A DNA stretch of 63,960 nt, counting the filler, from Reclinomonas americana ATCC 50394 (Eukaryota): NCBI GenBank assembly GCA_048213135.1. It is 15 parts of 15 records of this genome, joined end to end, with 100 filler letters (N's around TTAATTAATTAA, not from the genome) between each part and the next. Parts side by side here need not be neighbours in the genome. Positions count along the whole stretch, not along the records: positions 23,242 to 29,352 come from AFZH01022426.1; positions 29,453 to 33,162 come from AFZH01022427.1; positions 33,263 to 35,836 come from AFZH01022428.1; positions 35,937 to 36,972 come from AFZH01022429.1; positions 37,073 to 43,093 come from AFZH01022430.1; positions 43,194 to 44,298 come from AFZH01022431.1; positions 44,399 to 48,419 come from AFZH01022432.1; 8 more parts are not named here. One strand, 5' to 3'. The position numbers and the translations under genes were made by a program. The notes below the pieces were generated by a model, which saw only the letters and a list, made by a program, of their open reading frames with translations, was not told the origin of the DNA and did not search any database. Shown piece by piece: positions 25,159 through 44,452 of the stretch. Within the stretch, counting starts at the first letter, position 1, and every line of letters begins with the position of its first letter.

Positions 25159-27673
25159 ATGTCTTCTCTGCAAGAGACTGTGGTGTTGGAAGGCATGACG
25201 GCCATGTCCACTGTCGCTGACGTGGCACGCAACGCTCAGCGCGCGCTTCAAGCCACTGCGCGCAGAGGCAGTCGTGTGAAGGTGATGTCTGTGAATGGCC
25301 TGACACGCGCCAATTGGCGTAAGACTTTGGCGGAGTGCGGATGGGATCCGCAGGCGCGAATGGATGTGTGCTTTTGGTGAGTGCCTCTTCGGCCCCCCAC
25401 TTCGCTGCGCGCGCTTTTGTGACTCACACATACTCTCTCTCTCGCTCGCTTGCTTACACAGCAGTGGGGATGGCGTGACGGCAGCTAGAATGCGCCTTCG
25501 TGCATTCTATTGTGGGGGACAAGAGGTTGAGGATCGAGATCGCGTGTGTGCGTGGGGAATGTTCAGTGCAATTAGAAGCGGTGCTGTGCGAGCGGGATAT
25601 GATCATCTAGAGTGTGGAGGCGGAAGGAAGCGCGAGGCGGTGACGAAGCGCAACAAGAGAACTCGCGGCAAGACGTATATCCAGGTTCGTGGTGTCGCTC
25701 TTTACCCGATCTCTTTCACTGAGGTGTGTGCTTACTTTCCCTTCTCGACAGGTGCCAGCTGCGCACGACTATGAACTGATGATCGATGCAATGATGCCAT
25801 TGACACTGTCTCACTCGCGTTGCCGAGCTTCAGAGGCGTCGTGTGACTCTTGTGAACAATTGTTGGATCTCGACCATGTTGCGTCCGTTGGTGACGACGA
25901 CTCTGAAGCTATGGACTACGACGATGAGTGTGGTTGCGGTGTCGGTGGCGGAGCTGGTTGCAGCAGAGCACACTCGGCGGGTTGCGACCATGCTCACCAT
26001 GGTCATCTGGCGGAAACAGTCTCGAGCGTACGCCTTGTATTGGGTGAAGACGGTTCATCTTGGGAGTCGCACTGCGATCACTGCGGAGATTGTGTTTACG
26101 GTCGTGGAAGAACTGTGACTCTTCCGATGGTGCCTGCGTGTGCTGGGAACGATGGTCCTGTGGGCGTGCTTCCGCCGGCAACTTGGACTACGACGGTGTA
26201 TGAGGCACCTGTGATGAAGCCCACCATGCCCATGCCTGTGAGCAGACCGACCGCGATCTATGTCCCCACGGTCTCCCGATTCCCAGCTCTCAATCTGCCG
26301 CCACCTACTCTCCCGCCACCTATTCTGCACCCGCCGCCACCGCCTGCTTACCCAGCTCCCGAACTTCGACCATTGACAATGCAGCAAGAACCACAACAAC
26401 AACCACCACCAGCATTTCCAGCCCCCGAGCTACCGCCACCGGCATCGACTGTATCATCGGCTGATCGGTAAGCATTGTGCCGTGTTCTTTATGTAGACAG
26501 AATATTACTGTCAGTCGTGTTCCATTTCCGGCAGTGGCATGTTTTCAGAGATACAGTGTCGTATGTCGTATTCTAAATCCTGTCGTCTGCACAAACAGGC
26601 TTCCGGCATTTGAGTTGCCATACAGCCCCTACGCACTGGCCGCCTTCCGGAGAGCCGTGGACTTGCTTCAGGTTTGTTTATGCTGCTTCTGCTTTTATTA
26701 GTTTGTTATTTTTGCTAATATTTTTCTGATGATCAGCATGCCCCGAACCCCGTTTTCCCGCTCTCGCAACTGGCCAAGCGCAACTGCGAGACACACCTCG
26801 ATGTGGACGCCGGCCGCCAGCAGATCATGTTTGACTTTATGCGGCGGGCGGGCTGCGGCCCGCACGTGCAGCACCTCAAGCCGGAGGACTTGCAAATTCT
26901 CTTCGAGTTGTACGATCGAGTCTTCTTTCAGGACCTGATCTCCCGGGTGTTCAAGTACCACAATCGGACGTTGAAATTCACTGTGGCATCGAGCGGCGAT
27001 CGTCGTGCCGGCCACTTTTCTCGTCGCGGTGTGGCGCACGAGATTTCGATTTCATTCGCCCTCATTGCCACCGCCGTGCCACGGCCGTTTTTCGCAGCTG
27101 AGCAACCGGTTTGTGTGCTCGTCGCCAAGCTTTCTTTTCTGTTGTTCTGCTGCTTCTAGTGCCACTCACTTTTCTGGTGTGTGTCAATGTCAGCAGTCGC
27201 AGGCCGTTCCGATTGTCGAGTCGTCGGGCGACCTCTTTTCTCCGGAGCCTGGCACCCCGCAGACTTGGAATGCGGAACCAGTGTTCCCGCCCTCCGAGAC
27301 CGCAGTGCCGTACGCCACAGGCGTGCTGGTCGGCGAACTGCAGCAGACCGCCACAGGCTTCAACACCTTTGAGAAGGCGGTGGTGGAGGAGGAGGAGGCG
27401 GCGGCGGCGGAGAAGCTGCAGCAGGCGACTGCCGAACCATCACCGTTCTCTATCGGATCGGTGTCTGTGTGTGGCCACGACTGTCACTCGCGCCTGGCCG
27501 CGCTCATGCGTGTGTTTGAGCACGAGCTTGCGCACTTGCTGTGCTTTTCGAATTATTTCACCCTGGAGGACAGCCACGGACCGGAGTTCAAGGCGATTGT
27601 GTTTGCCTTTTTCCGACACGGCGATGTGACGCATCGGCTTGCGTCCTCGGTTCCTCCGTGTGGATCTCGGTGA
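25159..27673 (+). CDS. Ubiquitin-like header + Cys/His-rich + Pro-rich linker + SprT-like zinc metalloprotease
   Basis: LFELYDRVFF...RRAGHF...EISIS, then FEHELAHLL (HExxH, 27521-27535) and SHGPEFK. The N-terminus VVLEGMTAMSTVADVARNA matches the header exon of the NLR-like genes. Confidence 0.8.
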
Positions 27674-28415
27674 TGTGTTGCTTAAAAATCAAGTACGAAA
27701 TGAGTGGCATTGATGTGTGGGGTGCTGAATATCTCTTCTCTTGCGATGTAGAATTGATGGGAGTGGAGCCTTTGATGAACGCGAGCGGAGGGTTGCGCGG
27801 AGGTTGCTGGTGGGGGGGGACGGGCTGCTGAGCGAGGGGGTGTGCAAAATGGCACAGGCCCACGTTGTGCACTCTGATTGCTGTCGGCTGGGTTGATCCG
27901 CGTGCGTTTTGTTTGCTTGCGCCACGGTTAACCCCCGGCAGTCAATCAGTTGTGCACCGTGGGTAACTGTTTTTTTGGCCAAGTCGCCACACGGTAGCTC
28001 ACGCTGCACTCTTTGATTCGATGTGGCCCGGGTTAGTGCGCGTGCATTGTTGCTGTTACGCGCATCAACCCCCGCCAGTCGGTCAAAAGTGCTGCGTGGG
28101 CTACTGTGTGTGCACTCGGGATTGTTCCTGCCATTGTTGCACACCTCGCTTGCGCACGGGCTCGCCCTCCGACCAGCCATTGACGATCTTCCAGACGTTT
28201 CGGAGTTTCTGGAGGCTTCCACTGCCCAGGTTTGCTCGTTTCACACACAACAACACTACACACGAGAGAGCACAGCGTAGTTGATTACGGAAACATAGGC
28301 ACACTTGCATTCGCACAACCATCCCAGCGAAAGAGGAGCAGGGGGACAAAACACACACACACACTAGATGTGTACACCAGCGCAGCGATTTGCGCGCTGA
28401 TTCCCAGTGGCACAC

Positions 28416-29054
28416 TCACGGAGAGTTTTCTTGGCTACACACGAGGAGAGAGAGATAGTTAGTGAATGCACGCAGAGAATTGAAGAGGGGAGGGAAGGGG
28501 GGTGACTCACCACTGCGAGGGAAGACCGACGTCGGTGGGTCCGACGTTGGTCGACAGGCCCATCCACTGACGCATGGCCTTGATGATGGAGAGGTCGCGG
28601 TGGGTGCGGGTGTAGACACCCTGCGCCCATGAACCGTTGCTGTACACGGTGTAGCCGCACGCATTCGGGTCGTGAGCAGTGGCCTTGGCCATGCTACGGC
28701 ACGAGCCGCAGTCGGGACCCGTGCACAGCTTGCCTGCACGCGCGGTGTGAGACGGTTGAAGGGGGGAGGGCAAGGATTAAAAACAAAAAAGTGTTGGGGA
28801 AAGACACGCAACAGTCGGAGAAACCGTCCGGGAAGCCCTGCACACACAATACACACAAAGAGTTCAGCATGCACCGTGTCACCTGTCTCTGTTTCTCAAT
28901 CTCGAAAGGGAACACGAAACGTAGGCGCCATAGTCCATGAACGTGTAGCTGGAGAGCAGAAGCTTGATCTTCCAGTTGCCGTCGGTGCGCGTAAACAGCT
29001 GCGTCTCGAAGTAGCGGTGCGAGTGCACATCCTTTTGCTTCACCAGCACGGAGC
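28416..29054 (-). CDS. 3' exons of a GH13 alpha-amylase-like protein (type recalled from Trichomonas and anaerobic fungi); 5' part in gap
   Basis: WKIKLLLSSYTF, GFPDGFSDC, AHDPNACGY and GVYTRTHRDLSIIKAMRQWMGL. Confidence 0.65.
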
Positions 29055-29293
29055 CTGTTGAGAGAGGGAAGGGTGAGGAGAGAGAAGGGAGGAAGTACGA
29101 CACCAGAAAGTGGCGAAGATGACAACACAAACGACAACGGTGGAAAGGAGAGAAAAAGGAGGAGGTGCGACACCAAAAGGTGGCTAAAAAGACAGCACAA
29201 ACGACAAAGGTGAGGAGAGAGAAGGGAGGAGGCGCGACACCAAACGGTGGCTATAAAGACAACACAAACGACAAAGACGGGGAATCGTTCGTG

Positions 29294-29345
<52 letters not shown>

Positions 29346-29452
29346 GACGACGNNNNNNNNNNNNNNNNNNNNNNNNNNNNNNNNNNNNNNNNNNNNTTAA
29401 TTAATTAANNNNNNNNNNNNNNNNNNNNNNNNNNNNNNNNNNNNNNNNNNNN

Positions 29453-36930
<7,478 letters not shown>

Positions 36931-37098
36931 TGCGTTTGCTTGTGGACTGGACACGCGTTTTTCTTGTAACACNNNNNNNNNNNNNNNNNNNNNNNNNNNN
37001 NNNNNNNNNNNNNNNNTTAATTAATTAANNNNNNNNNNNNNNNNNNNNNNNNNNNNNNNNNNNNNNNNNNNNCACGCACGCTGCGGAGAAGTACGGTC

Positions 37099-37142
<44 letters not shown>

Positions 37143-37293
37143 AAGTGTGTGATGTGTGTATTGTGGGCCTTTACATTCTCTTCCAATGGTATTCCCCACT
37201 CACTCGCTTTAAATTTCTCTTCTCTTTCACCCTCTCTCCCTCTCCCTCGCCCTCTGCCGGTCGTTTTCTCACTCACCACCATCGCTGACAGGT

Positions 37294-37552
37294 TTGCGCA
37301 CACACATGAGTGCATCGCATGCTTCGCCGCTGGCATTTATGGTGGAGGGCTTGGCGGCCGAGTCAGCTCCTTGTTATTTGCAGTCTGAGTCCACTTGCTC
37401 ATTGTGGACGAATAGTGAGGTCGAAGCAACGGTGATTGTGGGGGTGGATAGGCGAGTCGAACTCGTGTTTGACAGTCGCACGTCATGCGAGGCCTCGTTT
37501 GGAATGTGTGGACCTGTCATCGAATCCTGCTGGCAGTCTTCGTTTTCTTCCA
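37294..37552 (+). pseudogene. Diverged extra copy of the ubiquitin-like header exon
   Basis: THMSASHASPLAFMVEGLAAESAPCYLQSESTCSLWTNSEVEATVIVGVD aligns without gaps to VHVSAAHDSSLSVVVESMSALSTLADLLREATRLLREKSGDEGVEIVGVE. It could also be a live upstream exon. Confidence 0.55.
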
Positions 37553-37962
37553 GGTTGGTTTGTCTTCAGACATCCTTCGCTCTGTAATGCTTTCTGAGTT
37601 CGCGTACCAGGTGCGTCTTCGCGCGCATGTGTTCTTCTTTGTATGTTTGTGTGTTGCCGATTGATGGAGAGGACAAAGCTTTACGCTTGCTGAACATGAG
37701 CGCCTATTGTCTGATCTTTTGCATGCATGCTGACGTAAACCTCGCAGGCTCTTCTTCAAACGGTATCTGTGCCTGCATCGTCGTATTGCTCTTGTGGGCG
37801 GTGGGTGTTGTTCCTCGCGTCAGGCTGCGGCAGACAATAATGGGCGTGCACGTTCCTCCTATTCTGCATCTGCATCTTCCGATGTGTCCACAACTGTGGT
37901 GCGTAGACATCATCCAATGTGTTTCAGGTTTTTTTCTGACAGCATGTATTTTTCACAAACAG

Positions 37963-40900
37963 TTTCCTGTTCGCGTCAGCGCGTTGCACGATACATCGCT
38001 ATGGGTGGTGGTTGAGGGCATGTCGGCCGTGTCGACTCTCGCGGACTTGCTGCGCGAGGCCACACGCTTGCTGCGTGAGAAGAGCGGAGATGCGGAGATG
38101 GAGATTGTGGGAGTGGAGAAACCAATGGAGTTTGACATTGTGGACGGTGGCGACACTCTGCTGCGCACTTTGGAAATTAAGGCCACCACCCATTTGTTTG
38201 TGCGCGTTACCATGCCGTCTGCGACCCCTTCTCCGGCTGTGGGTGGATTCGCAAGGTGACTATTGTTGTTCTGCATGTTGCTGTGTGCACACTTGAGAGA
38301 GCGAGCTCATCTGCACTCTCTGTGTCAAGCGCTCCCGGATGGACGGAGCGGTTTGTCGTCATTCAACGTCACAACTGACTTGTCTGCATTCGTTCCAACT
38401 TGCATGATGTCTCTGCAGAATGGCCCTTTCGAATCGTATCGACGTGGCGTGGGAGGCCGTTGCTGACGCCATACGTCTGCGATGTAGACACACACTGGCA
38501 CAGTTCAGTCGCGATCATCCCGACTTTGACGTGCGGGCTTGGACTCCCGATGTATACACTCCGCCTTTGTTCTGGCATCCTTTGACGATGAAGGCGTGGT
38601 ACGATCAACATGCGCCACTCCACCCTGGTCGAGTCAAGCTATTTGCACCACAACAGCAACACTTGCTCGACTGGAAGACTGCCTTCGATGCCGATCCCGC
38701 CTCTGACCCTCCGTGTGACGCATTTGATGTGACAGCTTTGACGTCGATCCTGCTTTTTGGTGGCTTTGTGCGTGATGGCGGTTGCAAGATGATGTTGATA
38801 GACGATGCCGTTGAACGCAAGACGGTGGAACAGTTGCGAGAGGTGCGTAACACGCTAAGCCATGAATCGTCGGCGTTCAGCGGGGCCTCTGTGCAAGAAT
38901 ATCTCGGTGACCGTGGCGCGTTCCTCGCCCTTGTTGGCAAGTTGCAGCTGCCTGCCGATGCGCTCGATGGATTTGTTTCACGGATTCGCGAAGCACGCCA
39001 TCTGGACGTCAACGTCAGTACATTTGTAGTGCGACTGCATCGACTGGCTGTGCGTGAGCTCACTTTCTACCAGCACGACGAGAGTGTGCACAAGGACATA
39101 CAAACGTATGTGCCGTTACTGTGCTCACGTGAGCGTGACATCTCATCGAGAGACAAGATGACGGATCTGTTGACAGAGGTAGATGCCTTCCTCTCCGACG
39201 CCAACACCACCCATCATGCACTGGTGCTGTTTGGCAACAGTGGTGCTGGCAAGACCACCACCATGTCGGTCCTGGCTGAGCGAGCATGGCGACAGTGGCA
39301 GATTGGAGCAAGCGGACGTGTGCCTGTGCGTGTGCCTCTTGGTGCATTGCGCAATGCCGATGAGCGATTGTTGGAGGAGGCACTGGAACGATTGTCACCC
39401 GAGTTGGGATTCAGTGAGGCGGATGTGCGACGATTGAAGGAGGAACCACTGCTGTTGTTGCTTGACGGGTATGACGAGTTGTACCGTGGTGTGAACCTGT
39501 TTGTCAAGAACCAGCTGGATGTGTGTCGCGATGTGAAGGTGATTATCACCTGTCGAGGCGATTATGCACTGACTGCACTGGGTGGAGCGGCGCAGTATCG
39601 ACGGTACTTTGCGCCAGTGGATGCACGCGGACAGTTATGCATGCATCAGCTGATGGAGAGACACATTGCACCATTCAATAAGGAGCAGATTGAGGAGTAC
39701 TTTGTGAGATTGGTGCAAGCGAGCGGCGAGGACGATGACGGTGGAGTGCAGTGGTCGACTGCCCAGGAGTACATTCGTGCACTGAGGAGTGTACGCGGAC
39801 TGGATACATTGGTGTCGAATCCATTCCTGCTGTCGGTGGTGGCTCGTGTGTTGCCACAGTTGGTGGCGAGTGGCATGCAGCGACCGACTCGGCGAGATGT
39901 GTTTGACCAATTTATTCGGCAGTGGATTGATAGGGAGCAGGAGAGACAGACGCGTCTCGCAGCTGAGCGTTTGCCGAGTGAGGAGACATGTGTCTCATTC
40001 TGTGAGGGACTGGCACGGTTGATGCATGAGAGGAATGTGGTGCGTGTGTCTGTGCTGGAGAGTCGACCAAAGGATAATGGAGAGGAGGATGACTTTGGTG
40101 GTGCGCCACATGGTATTCCACGACGGGAGGAAGAACCGTTTGACAAGTTCCTCGGCCGCAAGAACCAGCATGTGCGAGTGTGCTGTCCGATCGTGCGACG
40201 GTATGGCACGACACAGTGGGGATTCGTGCATCTGTCGTTGTTGGAGCACTGCGTGGCACGGCATGTTTTCGCATGGGAGTCATGGGATGAGGAGAGGAGG
40301 TTGACGATGGAAGATGTGCAACAGCATGTGTTGGCAGTGCGACTGCTGAATGATCGACCTTCGCTGGTGGAGCAGATGGCCGAAGTGGTGCGACGGTCTC
40401 CTCGATTGCAAGCGAGACTGTGGGAGGTGATTGAGTTGTCGAGAAAGATGGATGAAGAGCGAGTGGTGACGGCAGCCGCGAATGCAGCGACGGTGTTGAG
40501 TTTGGCACAAGTGTCGTTCAGTGGGCGCGATCTGTCGGGTGTGCGAGTGCGGGGTGCGGATTTGAGGGATGCGGTGATGCACAAGACGGTGTGGCGAGGG
40601 GCGGATTTGCGTGAGGTGAATGTGTGCATGGCGTATGCGAGGGAGGCGGATTTCAGGGGGGCGGATGTGACGGGTGTGAAGTGGCCGAGGAAGCCTCTGG
40701 TCGGTCATACTGGCTTCGTGAATGCAACTGCCGTTACTCCCGACGGTCTTTGCATTGTAAGCACCAGCCATGATACAACCGTGCGTGTGTGGTCACTGGC
40801 ACATGGTGAAGAAGTACAACGGTTTGAGGGACATGTTGGGTGGGTGTGGGCTGTTGCCGTCACGCCCGATGGGCTACACATTATCAGTGGGGGTCAAGAC

Positions 40901-42169
40901 TCGTCAGTACGTGTGTGGTCACTGGCGAGTGGAAATGAGGTGCGACGGTTGGTTGGACACGTTGGAGCTGTAAATTCTGTCGCTGTCACTCCCGATGGTC
41001 TACATGTTGTAAGCGTGAGTTGGGATAAGACCTTGCGAGTGTGGTCGCTGGAGAGTGGTGAGGAGATGAAACGGCTGGAGGGGCATGAAGGTGTCGTATG
41101 GTGCGTTGCCGTTACTCCTGATGGCCAACACGCTGTGAGTGGGAGTGGAGACAAATCCATTCGGATGTGGTCTCTGGTCAGTGGAGAAGAAGTTCGACGG
41201 TACTACGGACACGCCGATAGCGTACAGTCTGTTGTCGTCACTCCTGATGGTCAGTACATCGTGAGCGGGAGTAATGACAAAACAGCGCGTATTTGGTCAC
41301 TTACAAGCGGGCAAGAAGTGCGGCAACTGGTGGGACACGCTGCCGCTGTACTCTCGGTAGTTGTAACAGTCGATGGCCATTGTGTTGTTAGTGGAAGCGA
41401 GGACATGACCGTTAGAGTATGGTCGCTAGCGAGTGGAGAAGAATTGCGACGGCTGGAGGGACACACGGGATCAGTGAATGCTGTCGCCGTCTCTCCTGAC
41501 AGTAGGCACTTTGTAAGTGGAGGCAGAGATGAAACGGTGCGAGCGTGGTCTGTCGCAAGTGGGGAAGAAGTGCGACGATTGGAGGGACATACTGCTGAGG
41601 TGACCGATGTGGCTCTTGCGTTTACTGCGTGTGGTCAGCTCCTATCTCTCGGTGAGCGCGAATATCCATCTCCACCTGACTACGTTGTTAGTGGGAGCTG
41701 GGACAACTCAGTGCGCGTGTGGTCCTTTGCGAGCGGGGAGATACTGCAACATTTGGTGGGTCACAGTGCCTCTGTACTGACTGTTACAGTCACTCACGAC
41801 GGCAAGTACATTGTGAGCGGAAGTGTTGACAAGAGTGTTCGAGTGTGGAATCTGGCGAGCGGTGCGGAAGTCCGACGGCTGGAGGGGCACACCAGCTCAG
41901 TGTTTTCTGTCACGATCACTCCTGACGGGCAGCACATCGTAAGTCAAAGTGTTGACAACATTGTGCGAATTTGGTCACTGGCGAGTGGCAATGAAGTGCA
42001 TGAGGGCACGCCGGATGCCGTTTCCTTCGCCCATCGCGCCGTCGCAGTCGCGGCAGACTTGACCATTCGAGGATTGGGCAAGTCAATTATCGTGATGCGA
42101 GAGCAGCTGCACGAGCGGATATTTGGTTCATTTATGCCAGACTTTACTGACGTCGTGTATGATGAGTAA
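37963..42169 (+). CDS. NLR-like protein 1: Ubl header - HEPN - NACHT - pentapeptide - 10x WD40 (start exon not located)
   Basis: Exons 37963-38255, 38330-38350 and 38419-42169 splice in frame. HEPN motifs FDVTALTSIL and RNTLSH (38846-38863). Walker A GNSGAGKT (39233), Walker B LLLLDGYDE, pentapeptides FSGRDLSGVRVRGADL, then GH..WS repeats from ~40696. Confidence 0.88.
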
Positions 42170-42239
42170 ATAAGGAGCGAGGGACAAGGCGAGGGGACAG
42201 AAAAGGGTCCAGGGGAAGGGTCAAGAGTTGAGGGTGGAG

Positions 42240-42960
42240 AGAGAGAGAGAGGCAAGAGAGACGAGAGAGGAAGACGAGGCAATAGAGGCGAAAGAGGCAA
42301 GATAGGCAAGAGAGAGGCAAGAGAGAGGCAAGAGAGGAAGAGAAGCAAGAGAGAGGCAAGAGAGGCAAGAGAGGCAAGAGAGGCAAGAGAGGCAAGAGAG
42401 GCAAGACAGGCAAGACAGGCAAGAGAGGCAAGACAGGTAAGAGAGGCAAGAGAGGCAGGAGAGGCAGGAGAGGCAGGAGAGGCATGAGAGGCAAGAGAAG
42501 CAACAGGGGCAATAGAGACAAGAGAGGCAAGAAAAGCAAGAGATGCAAGAAAGGCAAGAGAGGCAAGAGAGGCAAGACAGGCAAGACAGGCAGACAGGCA
42601 AGACAGGCAAGACTGGCAAGAGTGAGGCAAGAGTGAGGCAAGAGTGAGGAAAGAGTGAGGCAAGAGAGGCAGGAGAGAGGCAAGAGAGGAAGAGAAGCAA
42701 GAGAGGCAAGAGAGGCAGGAGAGGCCAAGAGAGGCAAGAGAGTCGAGAGAGGCAAGACACAAAAGAGAGGCAAGCGAAAGGCAAGTGAGACAGGAGAGAC
42801 AAGACAGGCAAGACTGGCAAGAGAGACGAGAGAACCAACAGACTCATGACTCCTGGAGAGACAGACAAGAAGGGCAAGAGAGGCGAGAGAGGCTAATAGT
42901 GCAAGACAGACAACACAGGCAAAAGAGAAATAGGCAAGAGAGGCAGGTGAGGCAAGCGAA
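42240..42960. repeat. 9-nt minisatellite (AGAGGCAAG)n
   Basis: Dozens of agaggcaag/acaggcaag units immediately downstream of the AKR exon donor site on the minus strand. Confidence 0.9.
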
Positions 42961-42966
42961 AGTCAC

Positions 42967-43093
42967 CTGCAACACGCTCTCCTCCATCTGCGCTCCGCCG
43001 AGGGGCACATACGAGCCAGCACCCAGCGGCGAGTATGCCGTCACACGCACTCCCTCCTCGCGGCAGAAGCGCAGGAGGCGCTCTTGTGTGAGA
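42967..43093 (-). CDS. Internal exon of an aldo-keto reductase
   Basis: QERLLRFCREEGVRVTAYSPLGAGSYV followed by a GTGACT donor. The 5' side runs into a gap. Confidence 0.8.
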
Positions 43094-43483
43094 NNNNNNN
43101 NNNNNNNNNNNNNNNNNNNNNNNNNNNNNNNNNNNNNTTAATTAATTAANNNNNNNNNNNNNNNNNNNNNNNNNNNNNNNNNNNNNNNNNNNNTGCGAAG
43201 GGGACGAAGCGGAGGGGGAAGTGAGGTGAGATAGAGAAGAAAGGGAAAGGAGAGGGAGCCAAGGAGAGAGAGGTAAAAGAGAGAGGGTAGGAGGGAACCA
43301 AGGAGAGGGAGGGAAAAAGAGAGAGCTAAGAAGAGAGAGGGAACGAGAGGGGGCCAAGGAGAGAGCGCGAAGGAGAGGGAGTACATTCTCAAGGAATGTA
43401 TTCTCTCCTTCTCCTTCTCTCTCCCTTCCCATTCCCCTTTTCCCACCCTTTCCCTTCTCTCTCCCTCCCTCTCTCTTGTTCAC

Positions 43484-43650
43484 CTGCTGATACAGCTGCA
43501 ATCGATGCGCGGCTACCCACTCGCTCAGCGCACGCACATCGCCCTCGGCTGAGCTCTCAGCAGCGGGAGTAAGGGTCAGCGGGAAGGGTCGGCCGCGCAC
43601 GATGCGGTCGCCGGGAACGCGAGTGGCGTGACGGTGAGAGGCATGCACGA
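43484..43650 (-). CDS. 5' exon of a TauD/clavaminate-synthase-like dioxygenase
   Basis: VPGDRIVRGRPFPLTLTP...LSEWVAAHRLQLYQQ followed by a GT donor resembles the N-terminus of this family. The remainder would be in the gap. Confidence 0.5.
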
Positions 43651-43889
43651 AGTTATCCGTGAGTGAGACAAACGCAATGCGCCACGTCATCCGCAAAAAA
43701 GACAAACACCGCACGCTTGCTGGAGTCGCAGCGTGCAGTGTTTGCGCAGCGTTGATTGCGGAGGGTGTGACTTGAGGTACGCGAGCTCTTCTGCGAGGAA
43801 AAGAGACAGCGTGCGATAGCGCCAAACCGATCTTGTTGTCTCACTCCGCTCACCAACAACCTCTCTCTCATGCTGTAGCGCAGGCGGAG

Positions 43890-44413
43890 ATGGCGGCGAG
43901 TGGCTCCGGGTCGCGTTCCGTCCTCGACCTTGACAACCCAGAGTTCTGTTGTCCGTGTGTGATTGATGTTGTCAGATGTCGCACTCACATCTCTGCTCGG
44001 CCGTCAGGTGTGCCAACTATGTGCGGTTCATGGCAGCCACGTTTGAGATGACCAAGGCACTGCAGCGCGAGTGTCATCATCGCCTCGCTGCCCTTCGTCG
44101 CATGTCGCCGGAATTTGATCCGCGTGAGTGGCTGAAGGGGGAGAAGAAGGCCAAGGCGAGGTATGTGTTTGGAAGTTGTGCGTTGAGGGTGCGAGTGCGA
44201 AACAAGAAATGTGTGCAGACGGGAGCTGAGAGAATAGAAGTGGAGGAACCGAGGGTTTGCGTGCAATAAGGGATTCAAACGAAGAGAGAGAGAGAGAANN
44301 NNNNNNNNNNNNNNNNNNNNNNNNNNNNNNNNNNNNNNNNNNTTAATTAATTAANNNNNNNNNNNNNNNNNNNNNNNNNNNNNNNNNNNNNNNNNNNNTC
44401 TTCTTTCTTTCTT

Positions 44414-44452
<39 letters not shown>

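Noticed and set aside
41944..42877. LAS/LPL/SCL repeat proteins on the minus strand
   Set aside because: All three frames of a 9-nt satellite are open, with no sign of coding constraint.
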